A program made the position numbers and the translations under genes. The notes under the pieces were generated by a model. That model was not told the DNA's origin, did not search any database, and worked only from the letters and a program-made list of their open reading frames with translations. Below, in pieces: positions 31,779-39,659 of a stretch of 64,000 nt of DNA (positions are counted from its first letter, which is position 1; each line of letters begins with the position of its first letter). This DNA is from Chloroherpetonaceae bacterium (GTDB taxonomy: Bacteria > Bacteroidota > Chlorobiia > Chlorobiales > Thermochlorobacteraceae), in the NCBI GenBank assembly GCA_025055975.1, contig JANWWM010000084.1, positions 309 through 64,308 of the forward strand. Reading direction: 5' to 3'.

Positions 31779-32762
31779 ATGAACGCGGCAGTTTTGGAAG
31801 GCGTCAATCTCCCTCTTCAACTCAAATCCGTCGATGCGCCCTCGATTTCCGACCGCGAAGCCCTCGTCAAACTTCACGCCGCCGCGCTCAATCACCGCGA
31901 TTTGTGGATTCAGAAAGGTCAGTATGCGGGGTTGAAATTTCCCATCATTCTCGGCTCTGATGGCGCGGGCGTCGTCGTCGAGTGCGCCGATGCGTCTTGG
32001 ATTGGCAAAGACGTCGTCATCAATCCAAGCTTGGATTGGGGCGAGCGCGAAACGGCGCAACAAAAATCGTTTCGCATCTTGGGCTTGCCCGACAATGGCA
32101 CGTTCGCCGAGTTCGTCAAAGTTCCGATTCAGAATCTTTGCGAGAAGCCAAAGCATCTTTCTTGGACGGAAGCGGCGGCGTTGCCGCTTGCGGGCTTGAC
32201 CGCCTATCGCGCCCTTTTTTCTCGCGCAGGCTTGAAGCCAAAAGAAAAAGTCTTGATTACGGGCATTGGCGGCGGCGTGGCGCTGTTCGGACTTCAATTC
32301 GCGCTGGCGATTGGCGCGGACGTTTGGGTTACGTCGGGTTCGGACGATAAAATCGCAAAGGCGATCGCGCTCGGCGCAAAAGGCGGCGCAAACTACAACG
32401 ACGCGAATTGGGATTCCGAACTCAAATCCGTTGGCTTCGACGTGATTCTTGACAGCGCGGGCGGAGACGGGTTCTTGAAACTCATCGAACTTGCGGCAAT
32501 GGGCGGACGCATCGTCTTCGTCGGAGCCACCAAAGGCGCGCCATCTTCGCTCCCGATGACGCGCGTTTTTTGGAAACAACTTTCTATTTTAGGCTCGACG
32601 ATGGGTTCGCCAAAAGATTTCTCGCAAATGCTCGACCTCGTGAACGCCAAGCGGATCGTTCCCATCGTCAGCGACGTTCTTTCGCTTTCCGCCGCTGAAC
32701 AAGGGCTTCGCAAGATGGACGGCGCGGCTCAGTTCGGCAAAATCGTCTTGCAAATCATTTAA
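31779..32762 (+). CDS. MDR-family NAD(P)-dependent oxidoreductase (quinone reductase-like)
   Basis: LNHRD, GSDGAG, TGIGGGVA, GKIVL. Confidence 0.9.
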   Translation: MNAAVLEGVNLPLQLKSVDAPSISDREALVKLHAAALNHRDLWIQKGQYAGLKFPIILGSDGAGVVVECADASWIGKDVVINPSLDWGERETAQQKSFRILGLPDNGTFAEFVKVPIQNLCEKPKHLSWTEAAALPLAGLTAYRALFSRAGLKPKEKVLITGIGGGVALFGLQFALAIGADVWVTSGSDDKIAKAIALGAKGGANYNDANWDSELKSVGFDVILDSAGGDGFLKLIELAAMGGRIVFVGATKGAPSSLPMTRVFWKQLSILGSTMGSPKDFSQMLDLVNAKRIVPIVSDVLSLSAAEQGLRKMDGAAQFGKIVLQII

Positions 32763-32783
32763 CCTTAACCAAAGGAGGCAATT

Positions 32784-33272
32784 ATGTCGACCGAAGTAAG
32801 AGTCAAACACACGACGCCTGCCGTTATGGCCGCTTTGGATCAGCACATCGCTAGCGCGGCGATGCTTTCGACCAAATACAAAAAGTTTCATTGGTATGTC
32901 TCGGGACCGTTCTTCAAATCGCTCCACGAGCTTTTCGATGAACACTATAAGCAACTCATTGACATCATTGACGACCTTGCCGAACGATCGCGCGCCATTG
33001 GGGGCTATCCCGTAGGCACGATGCGCGAGTTCATCGAGCTTTCGCTCGTCAGCGACGCGGACGGCACGATGTTCTCGCCGCTCGAAATGGTCGAAACGCT
33101 CCATGCCGACACCGATAAAATCATTGACGCGCTTCACGAACACATCCAACTCGCCACGAAAGACAACGACCCTGGCACCGCCGACATTCTCACGCAAGTA
33201 ACGCAAGTCTATCAGAAGCAGGCATGGTATCTGGCGGAAACGAAGGCGAGAAAGGTCTTGGGCGAATTCTAA
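32784..33272 (+). CDS. dps: Dps family DNA-protecting mini-ferritin
   Basis: FHWYVSGPFF.SLHELFDE..., DDLAER, DPGTAD. Confidence 0.93.
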   Translation: MSTEVRVKHTTPAVMAALDQHIASAAMLSTKYKKFHWYVSGPFFKSLHELFDEHYKQLIDIIDDLAERSRAIGGYPVGTMREFIELSLVSDADGTMFSPLEMVETLHADTDKIIDALHEHIQLATKDNDPGTADILTQVTQVYQKQAWYLAETKARKVLGEF

Positions 33273-33299
33273 TCTAATCCAAGCCGCGCAAATTGCGAG

Positions 33300-33332
33300 G
33301 AAAGGCTTTCCGCTCGGAAAGCCTTTCTTTTT
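33300..33332 (+). terminator. Intrinsic terminator after dps
   Basis: gaaaggctttcc-gctc-ggaaagcctttc followed by ttttt. Confidence 0.8.
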
Positions 33333-33350
33333 ATCCTCGTTTTTGAGAAC

Positions 33351-33373
33351 AAAAAAGGCGCAAGTCTGCGCCT
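33351..33373 (-). terminator. Intrinsic terminator after tRNA-Met
   Basis: aggcgca-agtc-tgcgcct hairpin with U-tract on the minus strand. Confidence 0.6.
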
Positions 33374-33381
33374 CTGCGTCG

Positions 33382-33453
<72 letters not shown>

Positions 33454-33608
33454 ATGTTTTGCGAAAGGGACGCAAATATACGTCGTTTTCGCCTTTCGCG
33501 CAAGACCCCTGAACGACTTTTCGCAAAAAAAGTTTCACGGGAATCGGGGATATTCAGACAACGTTCGCATGGGAGCGGCGTTTCGTTCGCCACTCCGTTC
33601 AAAAACGC

Positions 33609-34931
33609 TCACCACTCTTCGCGCTTGCCGCCGCGAAAGCCCGCCGAGCGTTCAGGAATGGAGAAATTTTGCGCGACGATGCGCACCGCTTGCTCGAAGA
33701 CTTCGGCGATGGGCTTTTGATGCTTGCGCGACAACAGTTCCGCCGTGCGCTGAATTTCTTTGATGTGCGACCCCGTGAAGCGCTTGTTGTAGCAAAGCGC
33801 CTTTTGCTCTTGCGAAATGCCTTCGCCTTTGAAGTAAAGCTCAATGAGTTGGTCGATTTCCTTCGGCGTGGGCAGGTTGAACTTGTATTTTCGGTTGAAG
33901 CGCACGGGTCGCTCCGCGATGGCTTCGTCCAAATACTCAATGTGGTTCGTCGTAGCGACGAAGACGATTTTTTCGTCGTGTTCATACAGTCCCGAAATGA
34001 ACTGCAAGAAATCCGCCAAATCGGAATTGGGACGGAACTCGCGGCTTTCGCCGAAAGAATCGATGTCTTCCATCACCACGATGCAGGGCGAAAGAAACTT
34101 CGTCAGAAACTCGTTCAGAATGGCGTAGTTGACTTGCGTGGTCAGGAAGCAGGTCGAAAAGCCGCGCTTCAAGGCTTCGGCGATGATGGCTTGGCAACAA
34201 AGCGATTTGCCCGTGCCTGGCTTGCCGTGCAAAATGATGCCGTTGTTGCCTTTGATGGTCTCGAAGTGCAGAATCGTTTGGTCGAAGATGTCTTCTTTCA
34301 TCTGGGGGTCGCAGATGATTTGGTCGAGGGTGATGTCGGGCGGCTTTTTGAACAGACACTCGTATTCGCGCCGACCCGATTGCACGATTTGAATGTGCTT
34401 GTTGCGCAGCGGATTGTTCCACTTGATTTCGCGGTTGATGCGCTCGACCATTTCGGAAATGTCGCCGCTTCCCGTGAGCGTGTTCGATGGCGTGTGCGTC
34501 TCCGTGGCGACGGTGTAAACAAACACCTTGTCTCGATGCGAAAAGGCTATCGAGCCATCGGTCAAGATGGAGGTTTTCTTCTGATAGTCGTAGGTGAACT
34601 CCGCCGAGTTTTCGCGCCGCAGCACGAGCATATCGCTTTGGATTTGGCGAATGAAGCGTTGAATCACGAACGCCATGACCAAGTGCGAGTATTCCGCCAT
34701 CGCCGTCCAAGAATACGAGTTCCTTTGCAGGCGCGCGTCGTCCGCTTGCGGCGCGTCAGGCTTGCCCAAAATGTTTGCCAAGTCCATCTCGCTATCCCGA
34801 TACACGTCGGAGGACATATTGACTCGAATTTCGTCGGAATTGCGTTTCATTGCCCGATGCCAGTCTTCTGGAAACATTATCGTTTTGCGTTGGTTAAGTT
34901 GAACAAGAACGTCTTTGGGCGTTGCGCCCAT
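33609..34931 (-). CDS. AAA+ ATPase (single classical AAA domain, unrecognised N-terminus)
   Basis: Walker A HGKPGTGKS, Walker B IVVMEDID, ATTNH, ERPVRFN; start uncertain. Confidence 0.88.
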   Translation of the reverse strand: MGATPKDVLVQLNQRKTIMFPEDWHRAMKRNSDEIRVNMSSDVYRDSEMDLANILGKPDAPQADDARLQRNSYSWTAMAEYSHLVMAFVIQRFIRQIQSDMLVLRRENSAEFTYDYQKKTSILTDGSIAFSHRDKVFVYTVATETHTPSNTLTGSGDISEMVERINREIKWNNPLRNKHIQIVQSGRREYECLFKKPPDITLDQIICDPQMKEDIFDQTILHFETIKGNNGIILHGKPGTGKSLCCQAIIAEALKRGFSTCFLTTQVNYAILNEFLTKFLSPCIVVMEDIDSFGESREFRPNSDLADFLQFISGLYEHDEKIVFVATTNHIEYLDEAIAERPVRFNRKYKFNLPTPKEIDQLIELYFKGEGISQEQKALCYNKRFTGSHIKEIQRTAELLSRKHQKPIAEVFEQAVRIVAQNFSIPERSAGFRGGKREEW

Positions 34932-34986
34932 TTCTGTATACCTCGCCCACCCCGACAAAATTTGTCCGTCAGCGAAAAACGTTCGT

Positions 34987-35286
34987 TTATCTTTGCGAGC
35001 GACTGCGCGTGATGAGCCGAAGCGTGTCGGTTGAGGTCAGAACGATGTGGTTGATGCTTTGCAGGGGGACGATGAATTCCATCATTCCCTTCTTGTCCTC
35101 CGACCATTGCAGACGCAGGTAATCGCCCTTGACGGCTTTGATTTTGAAAACGCCATAGCGCGATTCCGTGCCGTCCCACGTCACCCACTTGCCTTCCTGC
35201 GTCGACAGCCATTCCTTGAAGGTCTCTTGCGCTTGAAGCGCGCTTGGCGACAGCGCTATGAACGCAACGAAGAGAAAACGGCGCAT
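34987..35286 (-). CDS. Small exported hypothetical protein
   Basis: Signal peptide ending LQA; co-oriented between gvpH-like and the AAA gene. Confidence 0.6.
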   Translation of the reverse strand: MRRFLFVAFIALSPSALQAQETFKEWLSTQEGKWVTWDGTESRYGVFKIKAVKGDYLRLQWSEDKKGMMEFIVPLQSINHIVLTSTDTLRLITRSRSQR

Positions 35287-35357
35287 CGCGTTTGTGGTTG
35301 AAAGCGATGGCGAAAGTTACGGGAAACTTCGCCCGAAACCAACGCGGATTTTCGGAG

Positions 35358-35870
35358 TCAGGTTTTTTGGATTTTCAGGCGCGCTTCGAGAATGCCGTTC
35401 TTGCAGGATTTTGCGAGGCTTTCGGGCGCGGCGGGCGCGGGAAGCAAAATTTCTTTTCGATAAAACGCGCCCTTGCCTTTGGCGCGAAGTTCGAGGATGT
35501 CGGAATGAACTTCCAACTCGATGTCGCTTTCGGCGACGCCCGCCAGTTGCGCGTAGACGATGATTTCGTCGCCCTCAATGAACACGTCGGTTTCGGGTTC
35601 GAGAATTTTCGGCGTTGCCGTCGTGGCTTGGGCTTTTGAGGGGTTGGCTTCCTTCCTGAACGGCTTGAAGTCGGATTGAGTTCGCTCGCGGCGAATGTCG
35701 GCAAGGGTTCGGACGCGGAAGGCGTAACTTGCCTTCGCGTTTTTGCCAAGACTGATTTCGCCTTCTTGGCTCAACTCTTTGGCTTCTTCGAGGCTTTCGG
35801 CGAGTTTGGCGAGTTTTTCGAGCGCGTTGAAAAAGCCGTCAAGCTTGGTTGGTTCATCGTTCTTGTTCAT
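35358..35870 (-). CDS. gvpH: Gas vesicle GvpH-like / Hsp20 alpha-crystallin domain protein
   Basis: EPETDVFIEGDEIIVYAQLAGV...NGILE; position in gvp cluster. Confidence 0.75.
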   Translation of the reverse strand: MNKNDEPTKLDGFFNALEKLAKLAESLEEAKELSQEGEISLGKNAKASYAFRVRTLADIRRERTQSDFKPFRKEANPSKAQATTATPKILEPETDVFIEGDEIIVYAQLAGVAESDIELEVHSDILELRAKGKGAFYRKEILLPAPAAPESLAKSCKNGILEARLKIQKT

Positions 35871-35889
35871 CGTCGCAAGGGCGTTTGGC

Positions 35890-36210
35890 TCAATAGTTCA
35901 TTGAAAATTTTTTCCACTGTTTCGATTCGGGGGGCAATTCGCGCGGTTCGGTTTTGAGTTCGCCCGCTTTTTTGAGCGATTCGATTTTCGCTTCGATTTC
36001 GCGCAGTTCTTTGCTGATGTCGTTGATGCGCATCAGGAGCTCGATGCGTCGGCGGTCGACGATGCGCAGTTCTTTTTCGAGGCGTTCCTTTTCGGTGGTG
36101 AGCACATACAAGTTCAGATAGTTTTGGCTCGGCTTTTGGGGCTTTGCGGTTTTGGTTCGCGGCGGACGCTTGGCGTGGCGCGAGGTGCGAATTTCGTTGA
36201 GCGATTTCAT
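35890..36210 (-). CDS. gvpV: Gas vesicle protein GvpV-like coiled coil
   Basis: YLNLYVLTTEKERLEKEL coiled coil and C-terminal WKKFSMNY resemble cyanobacterial GvpV (recalled, not searched). Confidence 0.65.
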   Translation of the reverse strand: MKSLNEIRTSRHAKRPPRTKTAKPQKPSQNYLNLYVLTTEKERLEKELRIVDRRRIELLMRINDISKELREIEAKIESLKKAGELKTEPRELPPESKQWKKFSMNY

Positions 36211-36221
36211 CGTTGTGCCTC

Positions 36222-36542
36222 CTATGGTCGTTTGGGCGATCGCAGCGCGGCGATCGCTTGTTCGAGTTCGGCGAGTTTCGTTTTGAGTTCTTGATTTTCC
36301 TTTCGCAGCTCTCGGACTTCGGCGTTTGAGGAAAGATACGCATCGTTTCGCCACCAATCGATGCCGAGTTCGACGGCTTTGTCGACGGAGCAGATGAGCA
36401 GGCGAATTTTGACGTTGAGCAGCTCGACGTCGGCGAGGTTGATTTTGATGTCGCCCGCGACGACGACGCCTTTGTCAATGACGCGCTCCAAGATGTCGGC
36501 GAGCGTCGCCGAGCTGGTCGAGTGCGCAACTTGGTTGTTCAT
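36222..36542 (-). CDS. gvpJ: Gas vesicle protein GvpJ
   Basis: TLADILERVIDKGVVVAGDI...LLICSVDKAVELGIDWW. Confidence 0.9.
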   Translation of the reverse strand: MNNQVAHSTSSATLADILERVIDKGVVVAGDIKINLADVELLNVKIRLLICSVDKAVELGIDWWRNDAYLSSNAEVRELRKENQELKTKLAELEQAIAALRSPKRP

Positions 36543-36799
36543 TCTTCCAGTTTTTCCTTTCGGGCGTAGGCGACGACTTCGAGCGCGCCGTTGAGTCGAA
36601 CTTCGTAGAGGTTTCTATCCATCACGCGACTGGGCAAGCCAAGCGACTTGATGAAGGCGCTTTCTTCGAAGACTTCGGCGTAGCCAATCCAACCGCCGCC
36701 GTCTTGCGACGTTTTTTCGAGCTTGACGAGTTTGGCGTTTGACCCCGTCATCGCGCCGACGAACTCGGTGATTTTTTTTGCGGCTTGTTCGAAGCCCAT
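36539..36799 (-). CDS. gvpO: Gas vesicle protein GvpO/GvpR
   Basis: GW...AEVFEE...LYEVRLN...VVAYAR pattern. Confidence 0.78.
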   Translation of the reverse strand: MGFEQAAKKITEFVGAMTGSNAKLVKLEKTSQDGGGWIGYAEVFEESAFIKSLGLPSRVMDRNLYEVRLNGALEVVAYARKEKLEE

Positions 36800-36806
36800 T
36801 TGGCGA

Positions 36807-37817
36807 TTAGCGTCCGTTGACTTGTTGGCGAATGAGCGTCAAGTTCTTTTGGAGCGATTCGGCGCCGTGTTTCGCGTTGGAGACGCCGCGCAACTCGTCG
36901 TGATAGATGCGCGTGCGCTCGACGAGTTTTTTGACGATTTGACGCACTTCGTCTTGGTTGGTTCGCGCGCCGAGTCGGCTCGTTTCGGAAGTTAGAACGT
37001 CTTGGCAAATCGTCATAAAGAAGTTCGGAATCGGCGTGCCTTTGGAGCGTTGGACTTGCAAGGCGCGCGCGATCATGATGCACGCTCGAATCGTGGGCGC
37101 GAATTCGCATCTGCCGCTCTCGCGCAAGGCGCGCACGATGTCGACGATTTCCGCCGCGTCGCGCTCGGAAAGTTTGGACTTGGCGACCGTGATGGCGACT
37201 TCGGTTTCGTAATCGAAGTAATCCAAGTCAATCGTAACCATTCGATCGCGCAAAGCGTCGGCGGCTTTGTGCACGCCCGCGTATTCTTCGGGATTGCTCG
37301 TGAAAAGCGCGGTAAAGAGCGGGTGAACTTTGAGATAACTTTCCTCGCCCGCGGGCGCGTTGGCGACGTCCAAGACTTTTTCTTGCAGAACGGAGAGCAA
37401 GACGTTGTTGGCTTCGGGACGCGAGCGCGTGAACTCGTCGTAGATGAGCGTGAAGCCGTATTTGCAGGCGACGGTCAGGCGATTGTCGACCCAACGCTTT
37501 GCGACGTCTTCTTCGACTTTGAGGACGCGGCTTTGGAAGCGGTCGACGACCTTTCGGCTGTGGAAGCCGTATTCGCCGCCGACGAGGTCGCTGGTTTTGT
37601 ATTCCGAGTCGCCGTGTAGCATCACGATGGGTCGACCGATTTTGCTGGCGACGTGCATGGCGAGCGTGGTTTTGCCCGTGCCGCTCGCGCCGCGAAAGTG
37701 AACGGGAAAGCCCGCTTCGATGTAGGTCAAAGCGCGGTAAGTGATGTCTCTGACGTAAGGCGTTTCGACGAAATCCGCCATGGGTTTGGCTTCAATGACC
37801 GTGCGAGCGTCGTCCAT
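36807..37817 (-). CDS. gvpN: Gas vesicle AAA+ ATPase GvpN
   Basis: PVHFRGASGTGKT, WVDNRLT.AC, IYDEFTRSRPEANN, TSNPEEYAGVH. Confidence 0.96.
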   Translation of the reverse strand: MDDARTVIEAKPMADFVETPYVRDITYRALTYIEAGFPVHFRGASGTGKTTLAMHVASKIGRPIVMLHGDSEYKTSDLVGGEYGFHSRKVVDRFQSRVLKVEEDVAKRWVDNRLTVACKYGFTLIYDEFTRSRPEANNVLLSVLQEKVLDVANAPAGEESYLKVHPLFTALFTSNPEEYAGVHKAADALRDRMVTIDLDYFDYETEVAITVAKSKLSERDAAEIVDIVRALRESGRCEFAPTIRACIMIARALQVQRSKGTPIPNFFMTICQDVLTSETSRLGARTNQDEVRQIVKKLVERTRIYHDELRGVSNAKHGAESLQKNLTLIRQQVNGR

Positions 37818-37826
37818 AGTCGTTCC

Positions 37827-38405
37827 TCACTTTCGGGATTTGGGTGGCGCGAAAGGAATGTTGATGGCGAAGGGCGTTTCGGGTTTTGGAATGGTGGCTT
37901 TCGCTTGCGCGCTTCCGAGAATGCGATTCCAAGCGTCGCGCCCGTCGCGCCTCGTTTGTTCGTGGGTTTTGAGTTGGCGTTCCACGTCGAGCGCGATTGA
38001 ACGGACGCGCTCTCGAGTGGCTTGACGTTCTTGATTGACGCGGTTCATCAAAGTTTTGTGCGCATTGAGGCGCGTTTGATTGTCGGCGGAAAGTTTCTGC
38101 CGCAAGGCGTTGGCTTCCTGCCGCAACGCTTGGGCGATGGCGTTTCGCTCGCGCTCGTAGGTTTTGAGCATTCCTTTGGCTTCGGAGCGCAAGGCGTTTG
38201 CGCGAGAGCGAATGGCGTTCAGTTCGGCGGCGCGGCGTTGCGCGTCTTGTTTGGCTTTGCGAGCGCGTTCTTCCGCGAAGCGTTCGAGCGCTTTTTGCGT
38301 AGCGGCGCGCGCGTCGGCGACGTCTTTCATTCGGCGTTGGGCGAGGGCGGCGCGTTGATCGCGCGCGGCTTTGATGGCTTCGGCGATGGCGCGTAAGTCC
38401 GACAT
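37827..38405 (-). CDS. gvpC: GvpC-like helical repeat protein
   Basis: Ala/Arg/Glu-rich helix with L-x2-[FYV]-x2-ER motif at residues 40, 80, 120; directly upstream of gvpN. Confidence 0.6.
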   Translation of the reverse strand: MSDLRAIAEAIKAARDQRAALAQRRMKDVADARAATQKALERFAEERARKAKQDAQRRAAELNAIRSRANALRSEAKGMLKTYERERNAIAQALRQEANALRQKLSADNQTRLNAHKTLMNRVNQERQATRERVRSIALDVERQLKTHEQTRRDGRDAWNRILGSAQAKATIPKPETPFAINIPFAPPKSRK

Positions 38406-38417
38406 TGGTTGAACGAG

Positions 38418-39065
38418 TTAAGGTTTTGGATTTTTGTTGAGCCGCTCTTGTCGGAATTTTTCGAGCAAGGCGGCGACTTCGGCGCGGCGTTCCCGCAAGG
38501 CGAGGCGGCGCGCTTCGGCGTCGCGCTTGAATTTTTCAAACAAGGCTTTCGCCTCGCTCAAACGAATTTCTTTGGCTTCGACGAGCATCGCGCGCAGTTC
38601 CGCTCGCCAAGTTTCCTGCGATTCTTTGAAAGCGGCGAGGGTCGATTTCAGCCACTCGCGGCGCGCGGCGTGAAGACGCGAAAACTCCGCAAGCAAGGCG
38701 GCGACCTCCCCAAGTCGCTCGGCGCGCTCGCTCCGAAGCGACGAGAGTTCGAAGACGATTCGCTCCGAGAGTTCGGATTGCTCCGCCAAGTATTCTCGCA
38801 CCGAGGCGCGCAAGTCTTCTTCGGCTTGTTCGCAGGCGACGCTCGCGCCTTGAAACCATTGGTCAAAGTCCTTGTGCCGAAGCGAATGAAAGCGCGAAAG
38901 CCTGTGGCGCAACGTTTTGTCGCATTCGGTCAAGGTTTGGCGCGAACTTGCGGCGACGTCGCTCATCTCGGCGAGAATCGCATGCGCGGTTCGAATCGCG
39001 CCTTGAAATTCCGCGAGAGCCGAATGATACAGTTCCGCCTTTGGCGCAAGCGAATCGGGCGACAT
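38418..39065 (-). CDS. Second helical gas-vesicle accessory protein (GvpC-like?)
   Basis: All-helical, repeated EVAALLAEF / EVAALLEKF, SLRHKDFD motif; lies between gvpA and gvpC-like. Confidence 0.6.
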   Translation of the reverse strand: MSPDSLAPKAELYHSALAEFQGAIRTAHAILAEMSDVAASSRQTLTECDKTLRHRLSRFHSLRHKDFDQWFQGASVACEQAEEDLRASVREYLAEQSELSERIVFELSSLRSERAERLGEVAALLAEFSRLHAARREWLKSTLAAFKESQETWRAELRAMLVEAKEIRLSEAKALFEKFKRDAEARRLALRERRAEVAALLEKFRQERLNKNPKP

Positions 39066-39165
39066 TTCTTCAAAAAACTTTTCGGATTGATTTGGCTCGC
39101 CGCGCGCTTGGTCGTTTGAGCGCCGCAAAACGACGGGCAAACGAGCAAAGCGCCAGCCAAAGCCT

Positions 39166-39372
39166 TTACGCGGCGGTTGCGGTCAAGCCAATCGCTTCGG
39201 CGTATTTGAGATACGTTTCCACCGAGGCGATGACGACGCGCGCTTCGACCGACACCAGCTCGATGCCGACGAGCGAGACGCGCGCAAACGCATCAATCAC
39301 GATGCCCTTGTCGAGAATGCGGTCGATGACTTCCGCAAGGCTCGACGACGACGTGGATTTCTCGATAGCCAT
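39166..39372 (-). CDS. gvpA: Major gas vesicle shell protein GvpA
   Basis: [53 protein letters not shown]. Confidence 0.98.
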   Translation of the reverse strand: MAIEKSTSSSSLAEVIDRILDKGIVIDAFARVSLVGIELVSVEARVVIASVETYLKYAEAIGLTATAA

Positions 39373-39590
39373 CTTTCAAACGAGTTTAAGGTTAACCGCC
39401 GAAGTTGAACGCAGAAAACGCGGCGGCGACGACTTTCTGCGGCGCGCATAAAACAGGCTCAAAGGGGAAAATTCTGCCAACCTGCGCAAATTTTTCTCGC
39501 CCTTCTCGCTCAACGCGAAAAAATTGTCCAAACTTTCGGCGCGTTTTTCCGCGACGAGCGCGGGCTCCGAATATCGTCAAAAATGATGCC

Positions 39591-39628
39591 AAAAACGAAA
39601 GGGGCGACATCACGCCCCTTTCGCTTTT
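39591..39628 (-). terminator. Intrinsic terminator after the TonB-dependent receptor (possibly bidirectional)
   Basis: 11-bp stem cgaaaggggcg-acatca-cgcccctttcg with A/T tracts on both sides. Confidence 0.8.
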
Positions 39629-39659
39629 AGGCTAACGCGAATTAGCGTCAATTAAAGCG

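Noticed and set aside
39577-39591. Sigma54-like site (TGGCATCATTTTTGA) upstream of gvpA
   Set aside because: The -12 element is GA rather than GC, it overlaps the terminator U-tract and lies about 200 nt from the start; too weak to call.
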